Below, piece by piece: positions 50,433 through 64,000 of a stretch of DNA of 64,000 nt. A model generated the notes under the pieces. The model ran no database searches, was not told where the DNA came from, and saw only the letters and a list, made by a program, of their open reading frames with translations. This DNA is from Blasia pusilla (lineage: Eukaryota). The stretch's first letter is position 1. Each line of letters begins with the position of its first letter. A program made the position numbers and the translations under genes. The DNA is taken from assembly GCA_050084515.1 (NCBI GenBank), contig CM114271.1, forward strand, positions 44,206,001 to 44,270,000, written 5' to 3'.

Positions 50433-52382
50433 GTCAAACCAAATCCACTCTTCTAATGAGAGGCTTGGGTTACATACACAAGGCAAGGAGGATCATATGT
50501 CATGCGCCTACTCTCCTTGAACGTAAATCTTTAGAGTTGTGCAAATGTGCATTCAGTAGGACACGCTCTCAATGCTCATCTGCACCCAAACACGTACTCA
50601 CGTTAGTCGGATCTAGGTCAATCAACGCTCTAACTCTCTGAGTTCTCTCCTCGGCCTCTCATCAAGGTCAACCTTCCTAGTTTTTTGCTTTACAACACAG
50701 ACAAGTCTCTCAAGACTTGGGATAGACTTTCAGGAACCTAAAATGGCATTTGCACGCCTGGCGGTCCCAACTGTCCATTGGACCTCCAATAAGTCCCTAA
50801 CCGAGACTCACTAAAATGAGTTGTGGGTTTGAATCCAAGTGTGGCTTTTGAAATCCACTCTGTTGGATGAGATTTGGGTTTCGAGTCCCAATGCTAAACT
50901 CTCGTTCCATCCCATGCCTTTGAGCCGCCCTTTGGCTCCCAAAGTGAGGTTTGGTTCACAAGAATCCTTGGAGACACTCCCCCTTACTAGTACTTTTGGG
51001 GATCACCATCCTCTCCCTAATTTTGGGGAAAGATGTTCGGGCCCTTTATTTTGGCCCTCAACCCACCTCTCAATGCGGTCATTTTCGGCCAATATCTCAG
51101 CCTTTGCTTTGGCGTTTTCTGAGTTCTTTGGTGCGTTGTAATTTTCTTTGCATAAGATTTCTAACGCCACTTTACTTGTCCCAAACGCATCTTGGGACTA
51201 AACGTTATGGTCTGAAATACAATCAAAATCCCAAGCGCTAGTCGCGCTCAAAATCTGGTTCTCACCTCTTTGGTACCAACATTCCTAGACTCAACTCATC
51301 TTAAGTCTCGGTTCACTTTTGGTCCAAGTTTCTTGGTTGTGACCATAAACGCATGAAACGCACAAACTCTATTCAAGCGTTTCGTCTCTGAGACTTTTCC
51401 AAGAGACCTCTCCAAAGCGCAACCATCCTAGTGAGAGCCCGCTAAAGTTCTGATGTTCCACTTGGAATTTTCTTGGTGTTCGTTTGGTTATGAGGGTCGC
51501 GACACCATAGCTTCGGTGCCTCACGCCAAGAGATTCAAGAAAGAAAGAATGAGCTCTCAAGATTTCTATCCTTGAGGTATACCCCCTTCCGTATCCCAAG
51601 CTCCCTCCACACTAACCTATGCTCCCAAGTCACCTCCTTGTCTTTTGACCTGTTGTTGGAGATCAAGGATCACTTTCCAAAGTGGAAAGTCAACTATACT
51701 CAAAATGGAAACTTACCTGAAATATAAAGTTTCTATATATGGCTCCTAATGAGCCGAAACGAAGGGGAAACCTGCTTTCTCAAGTTACCAGTGGCCTCAA
51801 CAAGTCATCCTCAACCTCTTGAGGCTATCTTCCAATATCTCTGAATGCATTTTACTAGATCTCGCCCATCTATCCTAATAGACGTGACATCTATAACCAT
51901 GTGTCTCCATATGTGAAGTATAGATCTATACTCCAAAAAGAATTCCAAATTCAAAAAAATAGCTTGCGAGTGTCCATGATTCCCTTGCCAAACAAGCTCA
52001 AAACAAATGTCACGAGATAAGCTTAATGAGGAGCAATTTTTGCAATCCAAAACATCAAGCTGATAAAGAATTATCCTATCAAATTCCTCATCTTATTTAC
52101 AATTGTGGATTATATATATTTTGGTACCTACACTAAATTTAACTGCCACTTGCAAATGGCTATGACCCAATAATTATTTGGGAAAAACTATTCCTATCAC
52201 ATGTGTTCAATGTTGATTGCAATTTTTGTGAAAAAACAAGATTGCAACTTAAATCTACCACTTCCAATGTAATGTTTATATCGAGTAAAGGTCATGGTTG
52301 CATAAAAACCCACATATCTAAACATGGATTGCAGGAGGTGGGGCCCATATTTATTTCTCGTGGTAGGAGATAGGGCGGGGGC

Positions 52383-52838
52383 GGAGGAGGGAGTGGAAGC
52401 AGGAGGAGGAATCAACGAGTAAGTATAGAACATACAAACAAGTATTGTTTTGGTTGGGGGGAAGGGCAAAAAAGGGAGGGAGATCAGGCCCACGTGCATA
52501 AATCCTCCGAGGCTGCAAGAGAGGAGGGAGTGGAAGAGGGAGGAGTAAGCATAGAACATACAACAACATTTTTTTGTTGGGGAAGGGCAAAAAAGGGAGG
52601 GAGATAAAGCCCACATGCATAAATCCTTCCATGAAATGGATATGTCCGAATATACAAACTTTGATCATATACAACCTTTATAAAGAGGATTGGTTTCCTT
52701 CTCCTCTCCTTCATTGGATATATTTTCAATAGCTTCAATTCATGTTTTCCACATCCCTTGAGAGGATTGGTTTCCTTCTCCTCTCCTTCATTGGATCTAT
52801 TTTCAATAACTTAAATTCATGTTTTCCACATCCCTTGC
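52383..52838. repeat. Two local tandem duplications (diverged ~110-125 bp pair; 78-bp-period pair)
   Basis: 52383-52508 resembles 52521-52630; 52685-52760 resembles 52763-52838. Confidence 0.8.
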
Positions 52839-55656
52839 AAAAAAAATAAAAATCCTTTGATCTTCGTATTCTATTCATATATCTTCCATTCAAGAATAAG
52901 AATGAGTCATTTAATGCTACATGTTTATGTTTAGACTGTTGCCCAATTTTTTAATTTATCACAATTATGATTCCTAGACTATTTTATTGATTTTGTTCGA
53001 AGTTAATTTCAACTATGTATTTCAATTAGTTACTGGATAAACGGCAGGATTAATTCTCATCGGGATATAATAAGACCTCCTCATCTACCCTACTCATCCG
53101 TAAGTTCCTTGCAACATTCACTCATTAGATTTCGTGCATGCTAAAATACTTATTGAGATTTAGCCTTATAAATGATCCGTCCAAATTTGTACTTACAAAG
53201 GAATGTTTAGACATATTTCTATCATAATAGGTGGAGCACTCGTCCACCAGTCTAGCGAGTTCATTTCCTCAATCTATGACCCATACGATATCCAATTTAT
53301 TTTCAGTTATGTATTTTGAATGTAACAGTTCTTGAACTAATTTTGTTTCAAGAAATATTAAAATTCAAGAAGGCAAGAGAAACAAATCTTCATTTTCAAA
53401 AAAAATTGCTTTCACATATGAAAGTGGGGAAGACAGATAATATTCAGATCTCAAGGGAAGATATGGATGGCGAAGGTTGATCCAATGGTCCAACCACCTC
53501 CGTCCCTCAAGAAGACTAAGGTGAGGTGAGGTGAGGTGAGGTATGAAGGGAACTGAACAGACTGATCCATAACATCGGTTAGGTACCAATCTTTCAAATT
53601 TAGCCCCTATAGTCGTTCCAGTTACTTCGCAATTCTCCCCATCCCAGCAGTTTGCTCGATGACGAAATTTCTCCCGATATTCGCCTAATTGATCTACTAG
53701 TTCCTTTAACCAAAACAGATTCTACATCCTCTACCAGCCTTCTATGTTGCCTTTCTTTGAGTACGCTATTCAGGTCGCTCTCAAAATTTCACGAATGAGT
53801 GAAAAGCTTCCAGTGTCTCTTTCCAAAAGACCTCTCTGAGAAAGCTTCTAAAACTCAGTTTTGAGCTTTGGGTACCTCTTCAAGTACCTGGACATACCAC
53901 CCTCATGATGAGGATGGCCATGGGACACGATGAATAACTAATACTGATGAGCAGAGGGAGATATACTACTCGGCCACTAATGGTTTCCGCATCGCACCAT
54001 ACTGGCTGAGTTTATTTTAGTTTCCATTGGCTGGCTTGATTTGAGCATGACGTTCTTCAGTTATCTGGAAACTCCAAGACTCTGCAAGGAGCAAGGCATC
54101 AGATGTTGCTCCTGACTACTAACTTCTGCACCGCATTTATTTACGGTCAACAAATATAATTGGACTTCGGGAGTGGCAGCTTGTATCCAACCCAACGGTT
54201 TCAAATTTACCTTTCAATATTGTTGCTGCACAACTGTACATTGAAGTTCCTCTCGGGTCTGATATCAAAAAGTTATGACCTCAAATGTGTGGCTGTGACT
54301 ATGACACCGGCTTGCATATCTTACTACCTATTAAAAGACTCCTGCCTTCCAAGAAGACATCCAGAATTCTTACTTATGAGGGCTGCACATCCTTCCTACC
54401 TTATCAAGGATTATTGCCTCACAGCAAGTCTTTGATATTCCTTCCCTGTGGAAATGATATTACTGCACCTCCTAAACAATCCTTACCAATGAAAGCATAT
54501 TGCTTTCACGTGGCTACCAAGATTGCTCTACTCAGCCTATCAGTCTATTCCGCCATTTACAGAGACAACTCATAGCCAGCCATGTGGGAGTGTCACATAC
54601 CGAATCAACAAACATATCTTGCTAGACTATTAGTGATCCAGGAGGATTGCTGGAACGACAATCCTGAGAGACTACAGCACATGTCCTCCTTCAGTCCACT
54701 GCAGAGTACCTTACAGATGCAGTGGCTGGATAACCCTCCACTGTCCTGCTTCGCGCAATGAATCCTTACCACAAACTCATTCCTTGTGTTTAAGCTTCCA
54801 TACGCAAATGAGTTTGTGCCTCCTTTCTTTAGAGGAAATCCTTTGACTGCAGAGGTTATTACCCTTTCGTGTATGTCCACAACCTTCAAATCCCAGAGAA
54901 GAGTGGACTGACCAACTTGTTCCCCAAAACAGATCCAACCTTTTTAGAGGGATGTTCCTCCCAGCAATGAAGGGAAGAACTGACTGCCGATGTGCGATGT
55001 ATCCTGCATTTCAATCCCAAGATGGTCAGAAACGTACCTCGTCTCAATGCATTGAATTCATTACACTTTCCCCTGGGAAAAAACTCCTTGTCACAGTATG
55101 GCCCACCATGTCAGGCTTGAGAGGGACATCATCCAGTGCATAAGTACACTGGGCCCTGAAAAGAACATGTAGGAATCTTCATCAAAGCCCCAGATGCAGC
55201 TGCAGTACATCAACCAACCATGTTGACCTCTGAGTACATGTGACCGGTAAAATATGATAGGATTCACAAAAGGGCTGATTGAAAGCTCAGTACTCACTTC
55301 CCAAATTATCTGACAATTGATGGGTCCGCTGTACTGTAACCTCTTGAAGTCTATCGCTGTTGATTCACAGGGTCCACCCAAGCCTACAGCCGCATTCCAA
55401 CTCCCACTCGAACAATCTCCATGATGATTGCAACAGGTGCTGAAGATAGCCTATGTATTAACCATTCCACTAATCATTATACTTCTGACGACCCTTGCCA
55501 GTAAGGGTACTGAAAGTACCTCCGGAGACTGAAGAAATACAGACGTATCTGGAAGATTACAGTGGCTCTCATGAGAATAAGGACCTTTTGGGCAGACCAC
55601 ACATTTGGTCGACACCAGAGTTTAGGAACCGTTTCAATTACTCATTAATCTTCTGA

Positions 55657-58600
55657 TCATTGCTGTCGCTGTTTTTGAATTGAAAGCAAAATCTCTGCTG
55701 CTGATTCTGCTGTGGCCACCATTGCGTATGGAACGGCCTTGATGACTCCTGCATATGATTGATTAGACAACTTCTCCTTCTCATTACTGTTGGATACAGG
55801 TATCAAAGGAAATAGGGGCAGCGCATCTCTTTTCCCTGGAGTCTGTCGATCTCTGTACCTAGGACTCCGAACGCCTACACCTCCATCCCTCAGTCTCTTA
55901 GGCACCCTTGATTCTGGTGCATCGGTAGATTTAGATTGTGCTCCTGCAGGTGCATCCCCTTCCTTTTCCTCAGGATACTGCCTTCCAGAGCCATCCCAGA
56001 CCTTCTCCCATCCATCATCCACTTGTTCTGATCCAGAAGGCCCTGAATCTTGACCTGATGTGCATGCTGCGCGAGTTTGCAGCTCAGCCTCTGATGTCTG
56101 ACAGCTAACCGCAGGTAAGGGCCACTGCACCGGTGATCTGACATCATCTACTTCTCGCACCCCTTCTTGAGTTGTTGCAGCATCAGCACGCTGAGGATTC
56201 TCCATATATGCTGTGGTTTGAGATGGAGGAATAATCGGTGCACTACTGGGATTTGCAGTTCTGTGAAAAACAGGGTGACCAGGTGGATGTGAACCTCCCA
56301 TCTCATTATACCATCCTGGGGAATTCTTCTGAGTGGGCTCCACATAGGTCATAGGTGGGACAATGTACCAGGAAGCAGCAGGGGGACAAAACATAGCAGG
56401 CTGCCACTGGGGTTGCATTGCATTGTAGCTATACATGTTTTGCATAAAATCAGGCCGCTGATCATAGCCGGGCATGCCGTAGGAAGCCATGGTCGGTAAG
56501 TCCATTGGGGAAGGGCCACACATAACAGGCTGACAGGCACCATTGTAACCATTCATTTGAGGTTGACGACACACACCAGGATAGGGTTGGTACATGAATC
56601 CATTGTTGAGAGCAGGCAAAGCTCCAAACCAATGATTCCCGCCAGATTTCATGATGGGTGGGCAACCCCAAGCGCTTGGCCCAGGGATACCACTACTGGG
56701 AGGTAGGGGGTCTTGCCCAGCATTCTCTACATTCTGTGGCATATCCAGCATGGAGGGCTGATGATGGGCTCGGCTGGAGGAAGAAGACTGACAGGTGCTG
56801 TGAAGCTGCTTCCCTGTCTTACGTTTACTTGTATCCTGCTCCCCATCATGACAATGGTTATATAGCTGTTTCCCCAAAGCACCGTTCTTTTTTCCTTGCT
56901 CACTGCCCCTTGAGGCTTGATTCTCTACAACTGTCTTCTTTCCCTTCACTTTCTCAGGTATAACATCTTGTGTAGGTTGAGAAACATCGTGATGCGTGAC
57001 ACCACAAAGTGTATTCTCTGATGCGGCCAAGATCTGCTGCACCTGTTCCCAATAGATAAACATGATGACAAACAGCCAGATAGAATTAATAAAATTTTTT
57101 GTACTAGAACCAAAAGAAAACAACTGGATATATGTAGTTGTGTAGTGGGGGGGAACGCCTTGAAATACATATCAGATCAGACACACCTTGATTAGGCGGT
57201 GCAGCTCAAAAACTTGTGACGAGAATATTGTCTGGTGTCTGCAAAAATTAAAGGAAACTCATCAGAAGCCCGTCTACAGAAGAGTGTGGCGTGACATACC
57301 ATCCTGAGGTATGATCAAGTCCACACCATACTGGCAATCATGCTTTTCAAACACCTGCCATTCCATCATCGCATGGTACAAACCTCACAACCAAATCATG
57401 ATTTCTTCCAATCAAAAGCAATAGTTGTCCAACTTCCTCAGTTCACAACTCAGGTTGGTCCCTCGGTTTTACAAGTTCAAGACAATCACATCTGACATCA
57501 AGTCTTAGTGACACTCATGCAGGGGCCATTGAAGGCATCAACCTCCAACAGTGTACATACTAGTCATCAAATTCCACCTACACAAGGACTGCACTCACTG
57601 GTATTGTGAAAGTCAGAGGCACTTTTTGAAAATTGCCTTCAATTTTCAAGGCAAGACCACCCACATTACAAGACACACAGACCCTCAGTTGGGCAGGCAA
57701 TAACTACACTTGCGGTAATAGAGTTAACCCCATTAGGACCTAACAGCCATACCTGGAGAGAACTACACTAAGCAACTGTAAACGGAACTCACAAAAGACA
57801 ACTTGCAACAAGCCTACACCTACTGGTATTGTACTAATTGTAGGCACCGTGTCAGAAGTGCCTTACATTTTCAAGGACTGACCATCACCATGATAATAAC
57901 TCATTATCGTACAGAACTTGGTATGGTAGATAATAACTTTGGGTAACTCAGCACGTCCACATCTCAATAAACACTTTTCAATGAATTAACCAATACCAAC
58001 TACTCAAATCTTACTCTGTGCACCTGAAACCAACACCAAAACACCGAGGTACTTGACGGCTAAAATCCCTACTCCAGGATCTCCACCCTGATAATGGGAG
58101 GAAACGAAATGTAAAATCTCACCTTCTTGAAAAGTAGAGAGACAAAGAGGTTGAGCTCCACAACTCATGTAGAATTGTAAAATTTCTGAAGTTCCTACTT
58201 ATGACATTAACCACACTGGTAAATACCGTTTTTGCATTGAGAAACATCCTGGCTTCTCCTTACAAGCATGTAGATACAAAAACCAAGGTCTGGCCTAAAC
58301 GGGTTCTGGTGTGATCCTAATCACACAAGGAAACTGCAAGGAGCTACAGGTCATAGGTGTAAGATAAACGGAAAAAGTGAGGTTGACAGGTAGACACTTA
58401 CACAAGCTTTCATTAAAGCACACCCAGCATGCAGTGGGCAACAGTACATAGTAATCAGAAATGCTTGGTTGCCCGAAGCTAGAGTTTCAGTGCGACAAAC
58501 TACCTCTGGTTGTGTAGTAAAAGGGCCTCAATCCATGGCGGGTAATGTTTGGTCAGCAAGTTGTTTCCAAAAATCACCTTTGAGTCAGAGAATACTATGA

Positions 58601-61600
58601 CTTCTGGGGGCCTTCGACACCAAATAATGGAGAAAAAGACTCGTACAGATTTTGCAACCACAAAATTCAGTTGTTATCATGTGAAGGCTATAACATGGCG
58701 TTTACACCACTTAAAACCGAAAATATTAGGAGCTAGGCTTGATTTCCCTACAATTCTTAACAACAGCTGGAGGACAACATAAAGCATCCTATAAATAAGA
58801 CAAGTGAATTATCACAATCTCCCTACCATATGATGGAGGTCTTTGTGTTTTTTCCTTATTGATTTCCAGGTAGGTGATAAGTGGAAGACTGAGGCACAAT
58901 ATTAAAATTATGGCAGTATTCCAAGAAGAGAAGGCAAATATTTCAATCACGAAGGCCAACCGCAAAGTTGTTCAATCTAAGTTAGATTGCAACCAGGGTT
59001 GGTGGAAGATAATATCTAGTCCTATTTGCAGTTGAGATAGTAACTCTTCCAAGATAGTCATTCTTTTAAGAGAAGGAAGAAACATCCATGCAACAAATTT
59101 TCATAGGAATCAATTTATGTCAACAAAAGATGGCATGCAAAAGTAGGAAAGAACAGTCAGTGAAATAACCTCTGCAGAAGCTTCCGCGCCTTCCAAAATT
59201 CTTGCTGGCCGACACTGTCAATGACATCCTTGGGTGTGATCTTAATCACTGGTGCAGATTCAATCATTGATCCGTCAGATTCCTCGCTGTCACTCCAAGA
59301 CACAGGCTGCTTATGCTCTGAGCTTTCATCATTTCTGGAGTTCTCCAATTCCTTATTACTACTGTAAGGTGTGTTGGCCGTACATCCCCCTGAAAGAGGT
59401 TGTTTTCTTGACTTCTCTACTCCTAGACTTTGCTGTTTCTTCTCATTCCCATGACTACCTGATTGAGTATGGTCAGGAGGTAAATCAATCACAACCACCT
59501 CTTTCGATATGTTTCTTTTGGAGTTCCTCTTGTCCTGCTGAGTCCCACGTTCAGCAATATCTTCTAAAACGCTCACACAGTCACCGTTACCAGTTCCAGA
59601 GCTTCTCACACATTCACCATCCAAAGTATCTTCACAACAGTGGCCTGCCTTTTGGCATGTCTTCCGATGAATATTACATTCTGTGTCAATAGCTTGCACG
59701 CCAGAGTTCTCTGAGTACCATCTCCGTAAGTGCACTACCTGCTTCTCCTTATGAGTTCCCACAGGCATGCTCTCATGCATCTCAGATGACTCTGCAACTT
59801 GATTGCCATGAACAGTCTTCCCTGATACTAGTGGGTCTATGCTTCTATCAACCCCTTTCATCCGTGCCACCAAATCTGCTCTGCTCTCAACTCTTTGAGT
59901 TATGGCGCCTGCTGACTCTCCTTGATAGTTGTACGAAGCATCCAGTGCTTGATACGCCCTTGATATATGTACACCGTCCGGCTGCTGCCACGGCTCTCTG
60001 GTGACCAACTCTGAAGCTTCTGAATACACTTTTCGGAAAGCACTTGTGGTCTCAGGAACATTGTAAATGGGAACAGTGCCATCATCATTACTCCGAGCTT
60101 TCTTACTAGAAACACTCCTCAGATTTGTATGCGTGGAAACTCGGCCACGGGCCTGGACAGGCCCATTTAAAGAATGTCCTGCACTATCGGTAGTAGGGCC
60201 ACTGGGTGCTCGTTGTAATTCACTATCACCATCAATAATCATACTGCTATCAGTACCATTCAAAGATGGTTGAACTCCCCCATGAGAGACGTTCATTGCC
60301 ATGTATGGCAACCCCACATTCCCATAACCCAGTGGCGGACAGTAGTACCTGGAAATGTCATAAGGAGACCCCTGCAAATCATACAGAAACTCAGAAATGC
60401 ATCCTCGAAGCTGTGGAAAATCCGATATCTCTGGAAGTACATGATACTTGAAACGGAAAAACTCACGATGTCGCTCTTACACAAAACAAAACGGCCGTAT
60501 TTAAAAGTCTAGTAGGACTTTTTTCCAACGACCCACATTTCGACAGTTAGGTTGTGTATGAAAAAAAAAAGACTACATGACGGTGGAGGTAGCTGAAGAG
60601 AACAACCAGTCCCATGGAATCGGGACAAAAACTCCTGCCAATGAAGAATCGCATTCGCAGGGAACAGATCCCATTTGAGGCGTGACGAAACTGGGGAATG
60701 ACCAGAGTTTAATACAGGTGACTACCCATGTATCCAACCAGCCATGGAGTGATCGTCTAAACAAAGGGAGATTGATAAAAGAATCCAAGACTCAATGGAT
60801 GTCGTGGGTCTATTCCGAAATCGAAAGATAAATAACAATAATCCTCACGTTGACTTGGTAGGAGAATACTATGGACGACCGGAGTGTGCACTCGTTCCTA
60901 CGCTAGATAGACAAACGAAAACTAGGAAATCTTGTTCAAGGGCGTCTAAAATGGACCACGTAATGCTAAGGCTAGCCTAAGAACTTTGCCGGCCAAGGAT
61001 CCCTCAAACTCGGATGGGGGCCAAACACTAGAAATCCGACTCAGCAAGACGAACGTTCACGGTTTTCAAGCCGAGCCGCCAACCCAAAGATGGCTCCGTT
61101 CCCAAAGCGTCAGAAACAAAGAAAGTGGCAACCGTGACAGAGGAGGAACAGAACGCCTGTCGACACAACACGCTCCCTACCAATTTGGGCGTCCGAATTG
61201 AGGATGAAATACATGACGCGTGACCTCAAGCTAGACGATGAACTCTATAGACAACCTGAGAGAAGCTAGGTGAGAACTCCGCTTGCACAGCCATACCAGC
61301 CAACCTCCTCTACAAAAAACAACTAGTCTCGTGGCGGGCCGTGAGGCTTTTGAACGCTGCATAGCACAGCAGCGAGTCTACACTAGATATCGACTTCACC
61401 CTACGTGCAGTGTACTTCCAACGGTAGTCAAGAATTCCTCACTAGTAGAGAGTCGGATACCCATTGATCGCTTCAGGCTGTACGTTACGAGGCAAGTAGT
61501 GAAGTTTCAAACGGTATCACGAAATCCCGGTTACATCTGTGACTGCACATGATGAAAAAGTTCAAGCACAACAGAGTTCGCATACCAACAGTCCATGGAT

Positions 61601-62021
61601 GACCTTCCCATTCATCAAACCGAGGATAATATCCAGGATACCCAACTACCTGAGGCATCAAAGATGATCCAGAAGGATGTCCCGAAGACTGAAGTGATAT
61701 CGAAGATGCCCCAAATCGATGCGACGGAAAAGTGAACGTCTCACTTGGTGCCGTCTTACTGCCAGCTACGAGAGCATTAGGAGAAGATCCAGCGGGACGT
61801 CCGGAAGATAGCTGCGACATCAAAGGGGGTACAAATCGGTTCGATGGAAATGTGAACTGCTCATATAAGGCCATCTTATTCCTGGGAGGAGCTCTCGGTC
61901 CTACTCTCTTGGTCTCCTTCACGTGCAAACGAGGGAACAAAGGGCCAGTCTCGACAACATTAGTCCCGGGAGCACTTCGCTGGTTGCTCCCATCCCCTCT
62001 GTTATCCTTACTGTCCTTCAT
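55657..62021 (-). CDS. ELF3: EARLY FLOWERING 3 homolog (circadian evening-complex scaffold), 1003 aa; exons 62021-61650, 60371-59170, 57238-57187, 57042-55657
   Basis: Conserved blocks [88 protein letters not shown] and VIKAVP...[16 protein letters not shown]. All introns are GT..AG, and the exons sum to 3012 nt in frame, including a 52-nt micro-exon absent from the ORF track. Confidence 0.95.
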
Positions 62022-64000
62022 ACTTCCGAACTCCTTCGCCTCCCGCTTCGGCGCCAGTATCTGATCCCACTCCCAAAGAAAGCCCGGTTTCAGTACTCTT
62101 CCACGTGCTATACCCTTCTTGTCACAGATCCGCCAACTATCCTTCTTCGCTCACCACCTCTCAACACTGCTCCCGATTCTCCCACGTCCATGATCCTTCC
62201 TATCACCAACCATCATCCTCGGTATCGTTCCCCATCTGAAATCTTCTTCTCCAGCGTCGTCGTTGTCCGCGCCCATCACCCCATGGCGACGACACACCCG
62301 CCCCAGCGAGGGAAAAAGCGCAAGCGCAACCACGCACCTACGCACCGAAGCGAGCAAGTAAGGAAACGCGAGTACACACACACGCGCACACTCTCTCACT
62401 CTCTTCTCTCTCTTTCTCTTGGAGTTCCAGTCCCTATGCTTTACTCGAATCGCCTTGCCGCCTCGCCTGGAAGTGTGTTTGTCCTCTCGGTAGCACCAGA
62501 ATAGTCTCGGCTGCGCTTTGTTTTGCTCCGTACCATTGCGGGCATTGATAGGAACGAAATGCTCGTCGTTCGTTCAGTGGATTAACTCTAGTGCCGAGGT
62601 TTGGTTGGAAACTTGTTCGATCGCCCGCTATGGTCCCGGACTCCGGAGTCCAGCGAGACACTTAAATCACACGTGGCGGGACGGAATTGGTCCTTGTAGG
62701 AGACCAGTAACGAAAACTGGCCAATGGGCTTCTCGGTAAAGTGGTGAAATTTCACGGGGCACTTCACTCTCCTTCGCATCAAAATCTATATTATTACTGG
62801 AGGCGGCTTTTTCATTTCCAAACCCTTTGTACTATACACGTGAAAACCAGCAGCAAGGAAAAAATTTATATTTTACGGGGAAAAAATAGAAAATTAATTT
62901 ATGTGACATGGATAATCCCTTCACTCCCGTGCTGCACACTACCTTTACCGATGATTCTCTCAGCGTATGAGCGCTTCGTATTATATCCCCTGGCATTCTG
63001 ACTGAATGCGCCAAATCTTCCAAATATCTGCTAAGCAAGCGATGCAAGAGCTCCGTCTTCGATTGGCCCATCGGTGCTGCCTTCGCGAAATCAGGGTTCG
63101 GTAACTTCGGTACCTACTTGGCTTACCCAAATAATATCTAGCTAGACTGACAACTACGATCTAGTCAACTGGTGGGCCCCACTTATCAGACATGTTCCTG
63201 TCCCCAAATAGCAATCCAAGAGCTTATATGATTGGTGCGAATCGCACCAATCAAAGTCTTCCATATTTCCCATCAACCCACCAATCACATGGCGGAGGCT
63301 GAAACGGCCTTTGGATGATGAGGTCATCTCTAGGACTTGCACGTCTGCGATTGGATCGGCTCTGAAGATGGTCCGAAGGTACCCACGCGACCGGAGGCAT
63401 CTGCCTTATCATGACAAGGAGGCCTGACACACCAAAGGTTCGCCACCTTCGCCTTCACTGGATGGTCCGGGAAAATACCTACATCTGGGGCAGCTACGAT
63501 TGCAATTGGTGGGATGAAAGCCCTGGCCCCGGGACGCCCACTGGCGGACGCTCCGGAACAACGTCCGGGGAGAACCGGCAAATAGTGTAAAGCTGGCCGG
63601 TTAGAATCTGGAATTGACGACATCCGAGAAATTTAGGCGGCTGAGATCCCGACGGCTTCATGGGACATTCCGGGAAATGGATGGCCGGGATTTCTTGAGC
63701 CGGAAATGTGCCGCTTGCCGGGAGGAATTAGCCGGAATATTTCTGCTGCCGGTCACTTCACCCGGATTCTTGCCGGGTTGCGTTTTACAGAGGTCGGATT
63801 TTTGCTGGACCACTTTCAGGTGGTCGGAATACCGGATAGGTGGCAAGAACCGTCAGATTCTCATCACGAAATCTTGGCCGTAGGTAGGGCAGCTGCAACA
63901 TTAGGGTTGGAAGTTGAATCGGGGATTCGGGGCGAGTTAGGACCCAGGAGCCTTAGCCCCAGGCCCGAGGGGAACAAGCCACCGAGGGCTGCGAGGCGGA

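Noticed and set aside
57043-57123. N-terminal extension of the 488-aa ORF as a separate gene start
   Set aside because: It is intron 3 of ELF3; the acceptor is at 57043-57044.

Overview
This is eukaryotic, land-plant DNA. The only intact host gene is a 4-exon ELF3 (EARLY FLOWERING 3) on the minus strand at 55657-62021. The first 42.4 kb is dominated by one family of giant (~12.4 kb) Mutator-like (MULE) DNA transposons. Their ends are GGGGGCTGG... and ...TTACCGCACCTC, with only weak terminal inversion, and they make 9-10 bp target-site duplications. The family is present as a full-length copy (2278-14643), a 660-bp non-autonomous derivative (15366-16025) and a 22.8-kb rearranged dimer (19590-42426). 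The dimer carries an internal inversion that looks like reversed-ends transposition. Each long copy has two divergent spliced genes. One is a zinc-finger/DDE/SWIM transposase. The other is a ~1200-aa accessory protein combining a ParB/Srx-like motif (DGNHRFMA) with a bacterial-type beta-class N4/N6 DNA methyltransferase fold that has atypical catalytic motifs. The introns and shared promoter region carry regularly spaced 27-bp palindromes (GCAACCCGTCGG-nnn-CCGACGGGTTGC). Together these are the best candidate for an undescribed system: a transposon with its own DNA-binding/modifying protein and cognate sites. Other content is a RING pseudogene split by the insertions, a kinase pseudogene, a ~180-bp satellite, two solo LTRs, a PIF1 helicase relic and a (TC)n microsatellite. 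Every long transposon copy has frameshifts, which may be decay or sequence error. Domain calls come from motif recognition by eye, not from database searches.
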